A DNA stretch of 63,554 bases, the filler included, from Reclinomonas americana ATCC 50394 (Eukaryota): assembly GCA_048213135.1 (NCBI GenBank). It is 15 parts of 15 records of this genome, joined end to end, with 100 filler letters (N's around TTAATTAATTAA, not from the genome) between each part and the next. Parts side by side here need not be neighbours in the genome. Positions count along the whole stretch, not along the records: positions 52,169 to 56,381 come from AFZH01024265.1; positions 56,482 to 58,000 come from AFZH01024267.1; positions 58,101 to 60,755 come from AFZH01024268.1; positions 60,856 to 63,554 come from AFZH01024273.1; 11 more parts are not named here. One strand, 5' to 3'. Position 1 is the stretch's first letter. Each line of letters begins with the position of its first letter. The notes beneath the pieces were generated by a model. It ran no database searches, was not told the DNA's origin, and saw only the letters and a list, made by a program, of their open reading frames with translations. The translations under genes and the position numbers were made by a program. Of this stretch, positions 52,594 through 63,554 are shown piece after piece.

Positions 52594-54500
52594 ATGAGCA
52601 AAGCCGACGCTGTTGGGCGCCTGCCGACCAACGCAATGGAGCTGGTGGCCAGCATGTGCACCCGCGAAGACTTTTGTCGACTGTGGCGGTTGCGTGCAGC
52701 ACAGACGACTGGCATCGCATCGTCGATCATTGCTGCTGACTGTCACGCTCGCACAGAGTCAGCCGAGCATTCATGAACCTGCTTGCTCAGTTGCGACTCG
52801 GCGGCACTCTCTCTCGTTGCCCGCAGCGTCTGCTCTTCACTCTGCGACTCATCATCTCGCTGCGATCACGCAGACACTTGGTGGAGATTGATGTCGATCC
52901 CATCACGCTGCACTACGACCCGGCGCACGCACACGAGGTGGTGCGAGAGGCGGATCAACGGGCGATCCGACTGCTGCCGACGCTGTTCCCGCGACTCCGT
53001 CGCATCGCCTTTCAGCGTTGCGCGACTCCACATTTCGCGATCATGATGATGAGGGTCTCACTCGGTTGTGTGTGTTTGTGTGCACGCAGCACAATGTGTG
53101 ACGAGTAAGGGCGCACAGCAGCTGGGCGCCATGCTTCGTGAACACCGATCACGAACTCTGCGTGAGATCGATTTCTCCGGTGCGTCGCGCCTTCACGCGC
53201 CTCCGTGCGTGCCCTCGCACTCTGACATGCGCTTCGGAGGTACAGAAAACAGTCAGTTGACGACACATGGGAGCTGGAAGGCCATCGCGGCGGGGCTTGC
53301 GGCGGCGAGAGTGCGCGTTCACGGCCTGTGCTTCCGTGGTTGCGTTGATCAAACATGAGTACCTGTGTGTGTGTGTGAGGGGAAGGAGTGAGCTAACCGA
53401 GGAGCGAATAGGGTGTACGCTGAATGCCGCAGCGCTCAAGACCCTGGCACTAGATGGCTTGCAGTTCTGCAGTGAGCTGCGCGTTCTCGATCTCTCCAAC
53501 AACCGCATGGATCGAGCTGCTGTTCAGTCGCTGCAGCAAGCGCTCCGCGCACTGCCGGCGTTGTCGTTCCTCTCCGTTGACAGTTCTGTTGCAATCGCTT
53601 TCTTATTAGCGCGCGCGATCTGCAGCAGCTGACAGTCGCCGACTCCATGCAGACAATCCGCTCGGACCTGAGGGTGTCGCCGAGTTGTGTCACGGGCTGC
53701 GCTTCTTGTCGGCCGGCCTCACCGTCCTCTGTATCGCTGGTGCGCCTCCTGTCGAGCGGTGTGATGCGTTGCGTATGCCAACCAATCACAACACCTTCTT
53801 TCGTCTTCCCAGGCTGTCAGGTGGGCTACGAAGGCACGGTTGCGCTGAGCGCAGTGGTTCGTGATCACCGCGACCTGCGCTGCATTCGCCTCGGCAGTTG
53901 CGCCGCAATCTGTGGGGATCCTTGTGCAGTTCTTGCGTGGCATTGACCATCATGAGTGCAGGCAATGGCATCCGTGGCGACGCTGTGTTTCATCTGCGGC
54001 GAGCACTCGACGTGAACACGTCGGTGTCGCACATTGATTTGTTTCGTCTCGATGATGTCTCTCTGTGTGGCGATGACGAGCTCGAGTCTCACCATGGCCA
54101 CGTCGCAGAGCGTACAATCCAATCGGGAACGAGGGTCTCAGCGCACTGGCACTCACCGTGCAGTCGCACGCCGCACTCGAGTGCCTGCAGCTGGTACGTG
54201 TCCGTGGGATGCCGTGAATGAGCTGTGAGTTGTGGTGTTCATGTGATGCACTTGCAGACGGCGTGTGGCATTGACGGCGAGGGAGCACTTGCGTTGGCGC
54301 GTGCACTGTATCAGCGGGCTGATCGAGGTCGCCCGCTGCATGTGGCGCTCGGGATGAACAACATTTCTGCGCTGGCTTGCCACCAGCTGCAAGAGGCCTG
54401 CCATGCTACCAACTCCGTGGCCGATTTGTTTCTGCAGAAACGTGCACCCTTACGAGAAGCAGAGCGCCTCATGAATGCAGGGCCGGCCACCTGCTCATAA
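52594..54500 (+). CDS. F-box-like / RI-type leucine-rich repeat protein
   Basis: N-terminal LPTNAMELVASM..F.RL, and LRRs LREIDFSG, LRVLDLSNNRM, NGIRGDAV..L..N, LGMNNI. Stop TAA at 54498-54500. Confidence 0.72.
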
Positions 54501-54583
54501 TTAATAATCACCGCAATTGTTTAAGTGCATCTCCTTCACTCTTGATGAGAGAGAGAGGGAGAGAGAGAGAGAGAGATATGAAG

Positions 54584-55666
54584 TTACCAGCAACCTTCTT
54601 GCTTGGTGTACTGTGGAGGCGGGTGTCAGTTGTGCGACGGGATCGAGGAGAGCAAGTGCGAAGCACACGACACATACCGATGGCGGCAAGTTGTCTTCGT
54701 TGAGGCCGAGCACTTTGACCGGATACTCTGCCACACAACTGTGTCACACACTGCAGGCAAGCACATGCACGTATACACAGTGAGGTCCACGTACCGAGGA
54801 GTGAGTCGACGACATCTCTGGTCTGCAGCGGCTGACGCGACAGCACATGGATGCAGTAGTTTCGGATTCCCAGCGGAGCTGAGCAGTCAAACGTGATGGC
54901 ATGCTCGTCGCCCATGTACAACACCGTGTAGTCCACCGCCGGCGTGTACACGAGGATCTTCTCCTTCCAGTGACCCGGTGGGTTGGGGTCGCGCAAATGG
55001 CCCAGAGCGTTCCTGCGCAGCACATTGTTGTGAACATACGAAATCAAGGGTGACAGACACAGTGTGCATCCACCCAGCAACTCAACGTGACAGGTCCATC
55101 GGGGGTCTTCTTGCGGCAGCTATTCAACGCATTGAGGTCCTCTGTGCACGCGCCAAACGAACCTTCGTCAACAGCGCAGCTCACAGCGGTCGAACGACGG
55201 GGGTTAACAAACCGGGGTTTGGGTTGGGGTCAGTGGAGTCTGTGACGTTGAGTTGCGTGCACACTGCCACGCACAGAGACCACCACGTGTGAGTGCTCAT
55301 CCTGCAAAAAATGCCAAAACTAACAGCTTGGCGTACCGCAGTCGCGCTCAAAGTATGCGCCACCCGCGGTTTGAATCTGTGCAGAAGGAGTAAGAGTGTG
55401 TGAGAGAGAGAGTGAGTGCACTCTAGATCTCATGATCACACCTTGCCGATCTCGTACCACGTTCCCATGAATGCCGATCGTGTGTAGTTGGTGCTCACTG
55501 CCCTCCCGAGACGTGTGTGTGAGATGGAGATCAGCGTGACTCTGCGTGCAATGCATCACTCACCTGGCGGCACAGGGCACTGTGCGGCGCTGGCTTGCAG
55601 TGGAGTCAGTGTAAGCATGGAAGCGGCGCCGATGACGCACAGAAGGAGCACGACGAAGCGGCGCAT
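54584..55666 (-). CDS. Secreted lipocalin (ApoD-like)
   Basis: Signal peptide, GTWYEIGK (SCR1), VDYTVL, YCIHVLSR (SCR3), and terminal Cys (..QEGCW-TAA). Confidence 0.8.
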
Positions 55667-55764
55667 GGTGAGATCACAAAGAACAAAAAACGAGTTTGTG
55701 GACAACAACAAAAATCTCCGTACGCTTTTAGACGACATACACAACAACAACAATGTTTACAGGA

Positions 55765-56381
55765 TTATGAGGGGGGTCTGGCCGCCGCAGCAGCAGCAGT
55801 GCTCCGTGGAGGCGCTGCCGCGCGCGCCGAGACCGAATATCTGGCGGCGGTGCCAGGGGAAATGGGTGGTGATAGCGAGGCGTGGTATTGGTCAGCTGCT
55901 TGTGCGGCCGCCTCCTGCACTTCGCGCTCCAGTCTGCACCACAAAAGTAAGTGAGCAACTCCTCCATTTAAGCACACGCACACACACACACACACACAAG
56001 TACTCACCTCTCTAATTGTCGCAAGCGTTCGCGGACTTCGGGGTCGGTGACGAGATTGTCGTACTTGCCCTCGCGATACGACGATGCCGTGGACGACGAC
56101 GACGTGAACGATGATGTCGCGGAGGACATGGTAACGGTGGTGCTGGACGATCCTACAGTCGACGACTTGGAGCTCGCGGCGCCGTTGGTGGGCGGCGCTG
56201 TGCGCGACATGTGCGGATCGACACGCATCCTCGATTGTGGCTGCTGCTGTTGTGCGACCGACGAAGCCAGAGTCGGCGGCGATGTCGGCGACGACGCAGT
56301 GGACGACGCGAGTGACGACGGTGAGGGAGAGCGAGCCGAACCAGCTGCTAATGGTGGAGCTCTGGACTGTTGTGGCGGCGG
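55765..56381 (-). CDS. Low-complexity Ser/Ala-rich C-terminus of a truncated gene
   Basis: Two exons with a short coiled-coil segment (EVRERLRQLER..EREVQE); stop TAA. Confidence 0.45.
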
Positions 56382-56481
56382 NNNNNNNNNNNNNNNNNNN
56401 NNNNNNNNNNNNNNNNNNNNNNNNNTTAATTAATTAANNNNNNNNNNNNNNNNNNNNNNNNNNNNNNNNNNNNNNNNNNNN

Positions 56482-56745
56482 GGCGAGAGCCTCCCTGTCG
56501 ATCTTGTCCAGCCCGGCGCTGTAACAGGCGACGAGCTCGAGCGCCGGCAGTCTGGCGAGTAACGCACGATCCAGCCGCGCCTTGCCCGTCGTGGCGATGC
56601 CGCGGATGCGGGCACCATGCGCGGCAACGAACGCGTCGATCTCGTCGGGATCACCTGGCCCGAGCAGATCGAAGCGCTCCGCCAGAGCCGCGATCGTCGC
56701 CGCGGGTATCCCGGATGATAGAACGAGGACGGTCGCGCGCCGCAT
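56482..56745 (-). CDS. D-2-hydroxyacid dehydrogenase, N-terminal part
   Basis: IRGIATTG..LLARLPALELVACYSAGLDKID. The start overlaps the SBP stop (TGATG). Confidence 0.85.
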
Positions 56746-58191
56746 CAGGCCTTGGCGAGCCAGGCTTCGGCGAGCTGCCAGGCGCCGCCGGAATCGAGCA
56801 CGATGTTCTGCAGCTCCTTGCGCGCGACATGGCGCGCCTCGCGGAAGAACAGCCAGGAATAGTAGTCGTTCCTGTTGAGCGCGGTCTGGAGCTCCTTGTA
56901 GATCGCCTTGCGCTTGGCCTGCTCGGTCTCCTCGCGGCCCTGGTCGACCAGGCGGAAGACCTCCTCGTCCTTGATCCCGGACCAGTTCTGCGCTGCGGTT
57001 CGCCCGAAGAACGGGCCGAAGACATGGTCGGGGTCGGCGCGCGGGACGTTGACGCGCCCCATCGCCAGTTCATGCTGCAGGCCGAGCACCTTGGGCACCC
57101 AGGCCTGCCGCTCGAGGATCTCGATCTCCATGTTGATCTTGAACGGCTTGAGCTGGGCCTGGACGATCTGCGCGACCTGCGTGTCGGGATCGCGCTGGAT
57201 GATCGAGAGCTTGCAGGTGAAGCCGTTGGGCTGGCCACCCTCCTTGAGGAGGGCCTGGACCTTCGCCGGATCGAGCTTCGGCTGCGGCACGCTCGCGTCA
57301 TAGGACCAGTCGCTCGGCGGCACCCAGGTCGGCGTCACCGCGCCGAAGCCGCGGGTGATGCCCTTCATCAAGACGTTGCGGTCGATGCCGTGGTTGACGG
57401 CAGCGCGTAGATGCGGATTGGCGAAGATGCCCTTCGAGACGTTGAAGGTCAGCCATTGCGCGATGCCCGGCGGCACCGCCACCAGCGTCAGCGCCGGATT
57501 CTTCTCGACCTCCTCGAAGTCGCGCGGCGTCACGCCGTCGACGAGATGCACCCGCCGACTTGACCTCGACCATCTTGACCGCGGTGGTCGGGATGATCCG
57601 CAGCGTCACCGCATCGGCATAGGGCAACCTCTTGCCGTCGGCGCCATCACGCCAATAGCGCTCGTTACGGATGAAGCGGATCTGGCTGCCGCCGACCCAT
57701 TCCGCAAACTTGTACGGCCCAGTGCCGACCGGCTGGCGGCCGAAATCCTGGCCGAGCTTCTTCAGCGCCGCCGGCGAGCACATCATGCCGGCCTCCACTG
57801 CGAGTGAGGCCAGCGCCGCGCCGGAGGGCTGCTTCAGGTTGATCTTGACCGTCATCGGCCCGGCCACCTCGGCTCCGGCGAGGTCGGCGAGATCGGGAGT
57901 GCGCGGCGCGGTCGAGTTCGGCGCCACGACGCGCGCGATGTTGAACACCGCCGCCTCGGCATCGAAGGGCTCGCCGTCATGGAAGACGACGCCCTCGCGC
58001 NNNNNNNNNNNNNNNNNNNNNNNNNNNNNNNNNNNNNNNNNNNNTTAATTAATTAANNNNNNNNNNNNNNNNNNNNNNNNNNNNNNNNNNNNNNNNNNNN
58101 CCCCCTGCGCAAAGGCAAGCTCCGGCAGTCCGGCGATGAGTCCGGCGCCGGACGCGCCGAGCAGAAGACCGCGACGTGAAATTAGGGCCAT
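56745..58191 (-). CDS. Peptide/nickel-type ABC transporter substrate-binding protein (family 5), Tat signal; spans a linker; apparent frameshift ~57553
   Basis: MALISRRGLLLG signal, RBS GGAGGAG, REGVVFHDGEPFDA, PVGTGPYKF, RAAVNHGIDR. Confidence 0.9.
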
Positions 58192-58243
58192 TGGCGTGAT
58201 CTCCTCCCACGGCGCTCTTGATCCGGCGCCGACAGAGAGGTCA

Positions 58244-58263
58244 CCTATCAGATATGTTATGAG
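58244..58263. promoter_or_regulatory. Putative GntR operator, copy 1
   Basis: CCTATCAGATATGTTATGAG, 19/20 identical to copy 2, with palindromic core TATC-N-GATA. Confidence 0.65.
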
Positions 58264-58390
58264 ATAGGCAAACGGTTTTTCTCGACCGACGGAAAGCCGC
58301 ATTGCGTGGCGATAGGGCTTGGCACTCGGACCGCCGCTTAACCGCAAGCAGCAACGCTGAGAATAGCCCCTGCCGATCAGCTTGTTCCTG

Positions 58391-58431
58391 TTGACGCGCT
58401 CTTCAACCAAGCCTATCTGATATGTTATGAG
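58391..58431 (+). promoter_or_regulatory. Putative sigma70 promoter and operator copy 2 overlapping the regulator start codon
   Basis: TTGACG at 58391, 17-nt spacer, TATCTG at 58414. CCTATCTGATATGTTATGAG at 58412-58431 includes the ATG at 58427. Confidence 0.6.
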
Positions 58432-59164
58432 TGAAATCGCCGCCCTTCAACCCGACAAGCAGCGCCTGACCGAAGCGGTCACGCAGTTCGTGATCGACCG
58501 CGTCGCCGAGCGCGTTTATCGCCCGGGCGACCAGCTTCCGTCCGAGTCCGAGCTCGCCAGGCGGCTCAATGTCTCGAAGCCGGTGGTGCGCGAGGCGCTC
58601 GGGCGTCTCTCGGCGCTCGGCATCGTCCAGATCCAGCAGGGCAAGCCGACTACGGTGAAGGGGCTCTCGGTCGCCCCGCTCGACCAGTTCCTGCGCCTCG
58701 CCGTCCGCGTCACCGACAACGGCCTGCGCGAGGCGGTCGAGCTCAGGCGTGCCATCGAGGTCGAGGTCGCGGCGCTTGCCGCCGAGCGGGCGACGCCGCT
58801 CCAGGTCGAGCCGGTCGAGGTCGCGCTGGAGAAGATGCGCGCCAATATCGACGGCGATTTCGAGCGCTGGCTGCAGGGCGACCTTGCCTTCCATGTCGCC
58901 CTTGCGCGCTGCTCCGGCAACGCGCTGCTCGAGCATCTGGTGAGCGCGCTCGTCGACACCATCAAGTTCACCCAACGCGCGCTCGGCATGCAGCGCGACC
59001 TGCGCGACCCGGCCGCAACGGTCGCCCGTCATCAAGCCATCGTCGATGCGATCAAGGCCCGCGACCCCGCGGCGGCGCGCATCGCCATGACCACCCATTT
59101 CGCGGTGTCCGACGCCGTCATCGCCGAGATCGCCCGCGACCACCGCCGGCTCGATCGCTACTGA
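58427..59164 (+). CDS. GntR/FadR-family transcriptional regulator (FCD domain)
   Basis: PGDQLPSESELARRLNVSKPVVREAL wHTH; D..FH..LA..SGN; H..I.DAI...D. Confidence 0.95.
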   Translation: MSEIAALQPDKQRLTEAVTQFVIDRVAERVYRPGDQLPSESELARRLNVSKPVVREALGRLSALGIVQIQQGKPTTVKGLSVAPLDQFLRLAVRVTDNGLREAVELRRAIEVEVAALAAERATPLQVEPVEVALEKMRANIDGDFERWLQGDLAFHVALARCSGNALLEHLVSALVDTIKFTQRALGMQRDLRDPAATVARHQAIVDAIKARDPAAARIAMTTHFAVSDAVIAEIARDHRRLDRY

Positions 59165-59176
59165 GGGATCGCGTCC

Positions 59177-60118
59177 GTGCTGCCCTATCTGGCCAAGAAG
59201 CTCGCGCAGATGCTGCCGGTGGCGTTCTTCGTCACCATCATCGTCTTCGCGCTCACCAACCTGCTGCCGGGCGACCCGACCGTCACCATCCTCGGCGAGC
59301 AGGCGAGCCCCGAGCAGCGCGCCGCCGTGCGCATCGAGTACGGTCTCGATCAGCCGGCCCCGGTCCGCTACGTCACCTGGCTCGCCCGCGTCGCGCAGGG
59401 CGATTTTGGCCGCTCCTTGCGCACCCGCGAGGATGTCGGCGCGATGCTGGCTGCGCGCATCCCGGTGACGCTCGAGCTCGGCCTCCTCTCGATCCTGATC
59501 GCGGTCGCCATCGGCATGCCCGCCGGCATCCTGGCCGCGCGCTTCCGCGGCAGCCTCATCGACGTGGCCGCGAGCCTCATCGCCATGTCCTCGGTCGCAG
59601 TGCCCTATTTCTGGATGGGCGTGCTGCTGATCATGCTGTTCTCGCTGAAGCTCGGCTGGCTGCCGCCCTCCGGCCATATCCGCTTCCTCGACGATCCCGG
59701 CGGCAACCTCCGGCTCATGGTGATGCCGGCGCTGACGATCGGCACCGCCTTCGCCGCGCTGGTCATGCGCCAGACCCGCGCCTCGATGCTTCAGGTGCTG
59801 TCGATGGACTATATCCGCACCGCCAGGGCCAAGGGGCTGAGCGAGCGCCTCGTCCTGATCCGGCACGCATTGCGCAACGCGCTCATCCCAATCGTCACCG
59901 TCATCGGCCTGCAGATCGGCGCGCTGCTCGGCGGCGCGGTCGTGACCGAGACGGTGTTCGCCTTGCCAGGGCTCGGCCGGATGCTGGTCGACGGCATCTT
60001 CCAGCGCGATTTCCCGGTGATCCAGGGCGCGATCCTGTTCATCGTCATCGCCGTCTTCGCCGTGAACCTGCTGACCGACCTGCTCTACCGGGCCTTCGAC
60101 CCGCGCGTGAAGGCGTGA
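59177..60118 (+). CDS. DppB/OppB-type ABC permease
   Basis: LPGDP, GDFGRS, DYIRTARAKG, HALRNA, RDFPVIQG, DPR. Confidence 0.95.
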   Translation: MLPYLAKKLAQMLPVAFFVTIIVFALTNLLPGDPTVTILGEQASPEQRAAVRIEYGLDQPAPVRYVTWLARVAQGDFGRSLRTREDVGAMLAARIPVTLELGLLSILIAVAIGMPAGILAARFRGSLIDVAASLIAMSSVAVPYFWMGVLLIMLFSLKLGWLPPSGHIRFLDDPGGNLRLMVMPALTIGTAFAALVMRQTRASMLQVLSMDYIRTARAKGLSERLVLIRHALRNALIPIVTVIGLQIGALLGGAVVTETVFALPGLGRMLVDGIFQRDFPVIQGAILFIVIAVFAVNLLTDLLYRAFDPRVKA

Positions 60119-60122
60119 GGCG

Positions 60123-60755
60123 ATGGCGGCCGTGACCGGATCGATGCCCCCCGCCGCCGCAGCGACGCAGCGTGCTCCCCGCTCCCCCGGCGCGATCATC
60201 CTGCGCCGCATCCTTGGCTCCTGGCAGGGCCGCTTCGGCACGATCGTGCTCGCCGTCATCGTTGCGCTCGGCCTGCTCGCACCCTGGCTCTCGCCTTATT
60301 CGCCGGTCGATATCGACCCCGACGCCTTCTCGATGCCGCCGAGCGCGGCGCATTGGTTCGGCACCGACGAGATCGGCCGCGACGTGCTCTCGCGCGTGCT
60401 GCACGGCGCCACGGTCTCGCTGCAGGTCGTGATCTTCGCGATCGGGCTAGCGCTGATCGCCGGCTCGCTGCTCGGGCTGGTTTCCGGCTGGCTCGGCGGC
60501 CGCTGGGACGCGCTGATCATGCGCGTCATGGACGCCTTCCTCGCCTTTCCGCTGCTGGTGCTGGCGCTCTCGATCGTCGCGGTACTGGGTCCTGACCTCG
60601 TCAACGCCATGCTCGCCATCGCCATCACCAAGATGCCCGGCTTCGCCCGGCTGGTGCGCGCGGAGGTGCTGACGCTGCGCGAGGCCGACTATGTCGTGGC
60701 AGCGCAGGCCTGCGGCGCCCGGCCCTTTCGCATCCTGTTCAGGCACATCTGGCCG
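60123..60755 (+). CDS. DppC/OppC-type ABC permease (3' truncated)
   Basis: HWFGTDEIGRDVLSR, RVMDAFLAFP, ARLVR..L..YV.AA..G, RHIWP. Confidence 0.95.
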
Positions 60756-61556
60756 NNNNNNNNNNNNNNNNNNNNNNNNNNNNNNNNNNNNNNNNNNNNT
60801 TAATTAATTAANNNNNNNNNNNNNNNNNNNNNNNNNNNNNNNNNNNNNNNNNNNNAAGGAAGGAGAAGAGAAGGAGGAGAAGTGAAGAGAGGAAATGAGG
60901 AGAATGTGTGAGAGGGGGGATGAGAGGAAAGATGAGAAGAAATAAAGGAATGTAAGAGAAAGGAGAGGGAAAGAACGGAGAGAAGAGAGGAGGCGAGAGG
61001 TGAGATGGAGTGAATAGAAACTGGGACCAATGAGATTGTGCGGTTGATTTCCGTGTGCGAGAGCTTGTCCAGTGTGACTGTGTGTGTATATGTGAGTTTG
61101 TGAGCGAGGGCGAGAGAGTGAGACCAGCTCAGCCGGCAGGGAAAAAAAGGAGGTGGAGGGAGGAGGAATGGAGAAGCAACGGTGAACAGAATGAGTGAGT
61201 TGTAAGACGCGTTATGTGGCCAGAGAGACACTTAGAATGGAGCGAGATGCACGAGATTACGCTGGAATGGAGCCTCGTATTGCAGAGGATAGTGGATGGA
61301 CTTTGTAGACTGGAGACATTTGCATCGACTGAGCATTCCTGGTCGTCGGCAGTGGTTTCCTTGCTTAAAAAGCTCATTTTCCTTTCTGTTACTCTCTGCG
61401 AGAAGCGAGCTTGAGTCAGTGTGAATGTATTCCTTTTACTCACACTGTGGATTACAGCATTCAATTTGGTGGCGTCGGATCGTTTACTGCCGTCACCGGT
61501 GGCCAACTTACCGTCTGTGAGTACGAGCGGAGAGTGCAAAGAGTGCAGAGTTCAAA

Positions 61557-63554
61557 ATGAGTTGCTCATGGGCTTGTTGTATTTCGGCAGTACCATTGCC
61601 ATCATTTTCAATCCCAACCGTCGCGTCGTCATACACGGTGACAATCGGCAACACGACCACTGTTGGTACGGTCACCCAGCATGTCATGCTCACATCCATC
61701 ATCCTTCTCATTCTCCTGCATCTGTCTGTAGTCACTGGCGCGACAACATCGAGCACAATCGGTCTTCGCGTCGGTTTGTCCGGACAAGTGGTGGTGCTGA
61801 CGGTGCCAGTGGCCTCATTCCCCTTTGCCACGCCGTCATTCACACTGTTCAAGAACGCCGACTGCCGCGGAAATGTGGCCACCATCATCAGCGGCTTCAA
61901 CAGCGCGTCTGATGGCACGACCTATACCATCACATGGACATTCGACACGACTGGAGAGCCAACACCTGCGAATCAGCAGTTGTGCCTGTCATCCACTGAT
62001 CTGGCAGGCTACTGAGCATGGCAGTTGTCTCCATTTGTTGCGTTCCTGCTGAAGATGTAATGCTGTCAATTTTACTTCCTTTTTCTTCTAACGAGGCGAC
62101 CGTGCAGATCGTGTCAAGGGCACTTCCGCGCCTTCCATATCCCAGGGCATCAAGTCGCAAAACTGTTGTCTTGTCGGGTGGTGACTTCCCGTTGCTGGCT
62201 ACAAGTGCCGCCAATGGCAGTAAGCCAGCCACACCTGGCGGCGCACCACTGGCATTCTTCCTGTCACTCACCACCGACTGTTCGTCGATGGACTTGCGGG
62301 CGGCTGCCTTTGTGGTCACTGCGGTGTCGCCGACGCGTATTACGGCCACGGTTTCCACTATTTCTGCGGTCTCACTCGCCTCGTGCACGCTGGATCCGTC
62401 TGGCACGTATCGAATTTGTGGTCGGTGTGTTACGGAGGGAAGGAGGGAAGGGAGGGGAGGGGGAGAAGGGGAAAGGAAGGAACGACGGTGAAGAAAGAGA
62501 GACTATGGGAGAGAGAGCAGTGCCTTTGAGAGAGATATGGGCGAGGGGAAATGGTGAAAGAGAATTGGCGTGAGAGTGGATGGTGTGAGGCAGAAAGAAC
62601 AAAGCAGTGGGTGCCGGGAGGAGAGATGAAGGAAAGCGGAAGAGGCAGGTGAGCCACGAAGTAGACCGTCTGTATGTGCGAGAGACATGGGAGGATGTGA
62701 ATGAGAGGGCAGTTGCGAGAGGCAAGAGGGCAGAGGAGCAGTAGGAAAAATGAGTGAGATGCTGCAGGTGAGCCACGTATGTGCGAGAGATGCTCGAGGA
62801 TGTGAATGAGAGAGCGGTTGCGAGAGGCAAGAGGACTGAGGAGCAGTAGGAAAATGAGAGTGAGAGGCTGCAAGTGAGCCACGTATGTGCGAGAGATATG
62901 CGAGGATGTGAATGAGAGGGCGGCTGCGAGAGGCAAGAGGGCTGAGGAGCAGGAAAAGTGAGGGAGAGGCTGCAGGTGAGCCACGTATGTGCGAGAGATA
63001 TGCGAGGATATGAATAAGAGGGCGGCTGCGAGAGGCAAGAGGGCTGGGAACAGTAGGAAAATGAGCGTGAGAGACTGCGTGTGCGAATGAATGGGATTTT
63101 TTGTCATTCTCTTTCATGTTCAACGAGAAAAGTGGAAGGATAAGAGAGAATGCGATTGATCTATCGACGTTACACCACCGTCGACTATTCCACTGACAAA
63201 ATATCTGCGCACAGCTTCCAAGACGGCTCGTATGCGCCTCTCGGTGTGCAATTGACCATCACGACCGTCACCGACCCCAATGTCGGCTTCATTTCTCCAA
63301 AGTCGTTGCCTCTCGGTGTGCCAACTACGCTGGTGTTGCATTCGCCTTCGCGTACGCTGTCGAGTTGCTCTCGTTTCAAGGTGGTCGACGCTGGATCCGA
63401 CTGCAATTATCCGGCTTCGGGTGAGTGCTGAAAATGAGAAGATTCTGCGCGGGCGGTGGATGAAGGAGATCTGTACTCACCATTTTTGTGCCTCTCTCTC
63501 TCACATCAGCGGCCCTTGCGCTTACGGCCTTCCAAGACGGCGTGTTTGATGCGT
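61557..63554 (+). CDS. Fragment of another surface protein with the same ~100-aa Ig/IPT-like modules
   Basis: LAFFLSLTTDC...SPTRITATV...SGTYRICGR|FQDGSYAPLGVQLTI matches the module consensus of the 34812-41648 gene. Confidence 0.7.
62640..63070. repeat. Intronic minisatellite, ~4 units of 102-119 bp
   Basis: GTGAGCCACG starts at 62649, 62768, 62874 and 62976. Units share TATGTGCGAGAGA..GAGGAT(G/A)TGAAT..GCGAGAGGCAAGAGG. Confidence 0.9.

Noticed and set aside
57549..57560. Programmed frameshift or pseudogene in the ABC substrate-binding protein
   Set aside because: The break falls in short G runs (TCGGCGGGTG versus expected TCGGGCGGGGTG), which is most simply a homopolymer sequencing error in a low-coverage contig.
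58403..60259. 618-aa antisense ORF, and similar ORFs opposite dnaN or running through microsatellites
   Set aside because: These are shadow ORFs of GC-rich coding sequence or translations of (CA)/(GT) repeats.
62640..63070. CRISPR array
   Set aside because: Whole units are similar with no unique spacers, the repeat lies in a eukaryotic intron, and there are no cas genes.

Overview
This window is a concatenation of 15 contigs joined by artificial 100-nt N-TTAATTAATTAA-N linkers, drawn from at least three genomes. Twelve contigs come from an intron-rich, GC-rich eukaryote. It uses the standard code, has mostly ~60-120 nt GT-AG introns full of CA/GT microsatellites, and is probably a flagellated protist because it carries WDR92. 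Recognisable eukaryotic genes are a Kelch protein, NTMT1, a Sir2-type sirtuin, MMACHC/CblC, WDR92, an EF-hand protein, a HECT E3 ligase, an F-box/LRR-like protein, a lipocalin and several large repetitive surface proteins. One contig (44839-47260) is an actinobacterial, Microbacterium-like oriC-dnaN-recF fragment. Two contigs (56482-60755) form an alphaproteobacterial-like GntR/peptide-ABC locus. The best-supported unannotated structure is a ~5.0 kb TIR DNA transposon at 26521-31519. It has 11-bp TIRs (CCCTGGTAGGA), a 3-bp TSD (TTG), ~11-bp-phased TCCA subterminal arrays and no transposase, and it sits inside an intron that collapses to a normal 73 nt when the element is removed. Other leads are a family of giant surface proteins built from phase-1 exon-bounded ~100-aa modules, a type II membrane beta-helix/tail-fibre-like protein, an intron containing tandem units that carry CAG|GTGAG, and a 5-nt micro-exon. 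All family assignments come from motif recognition by eye, and exon boundaries were assembled by hand.
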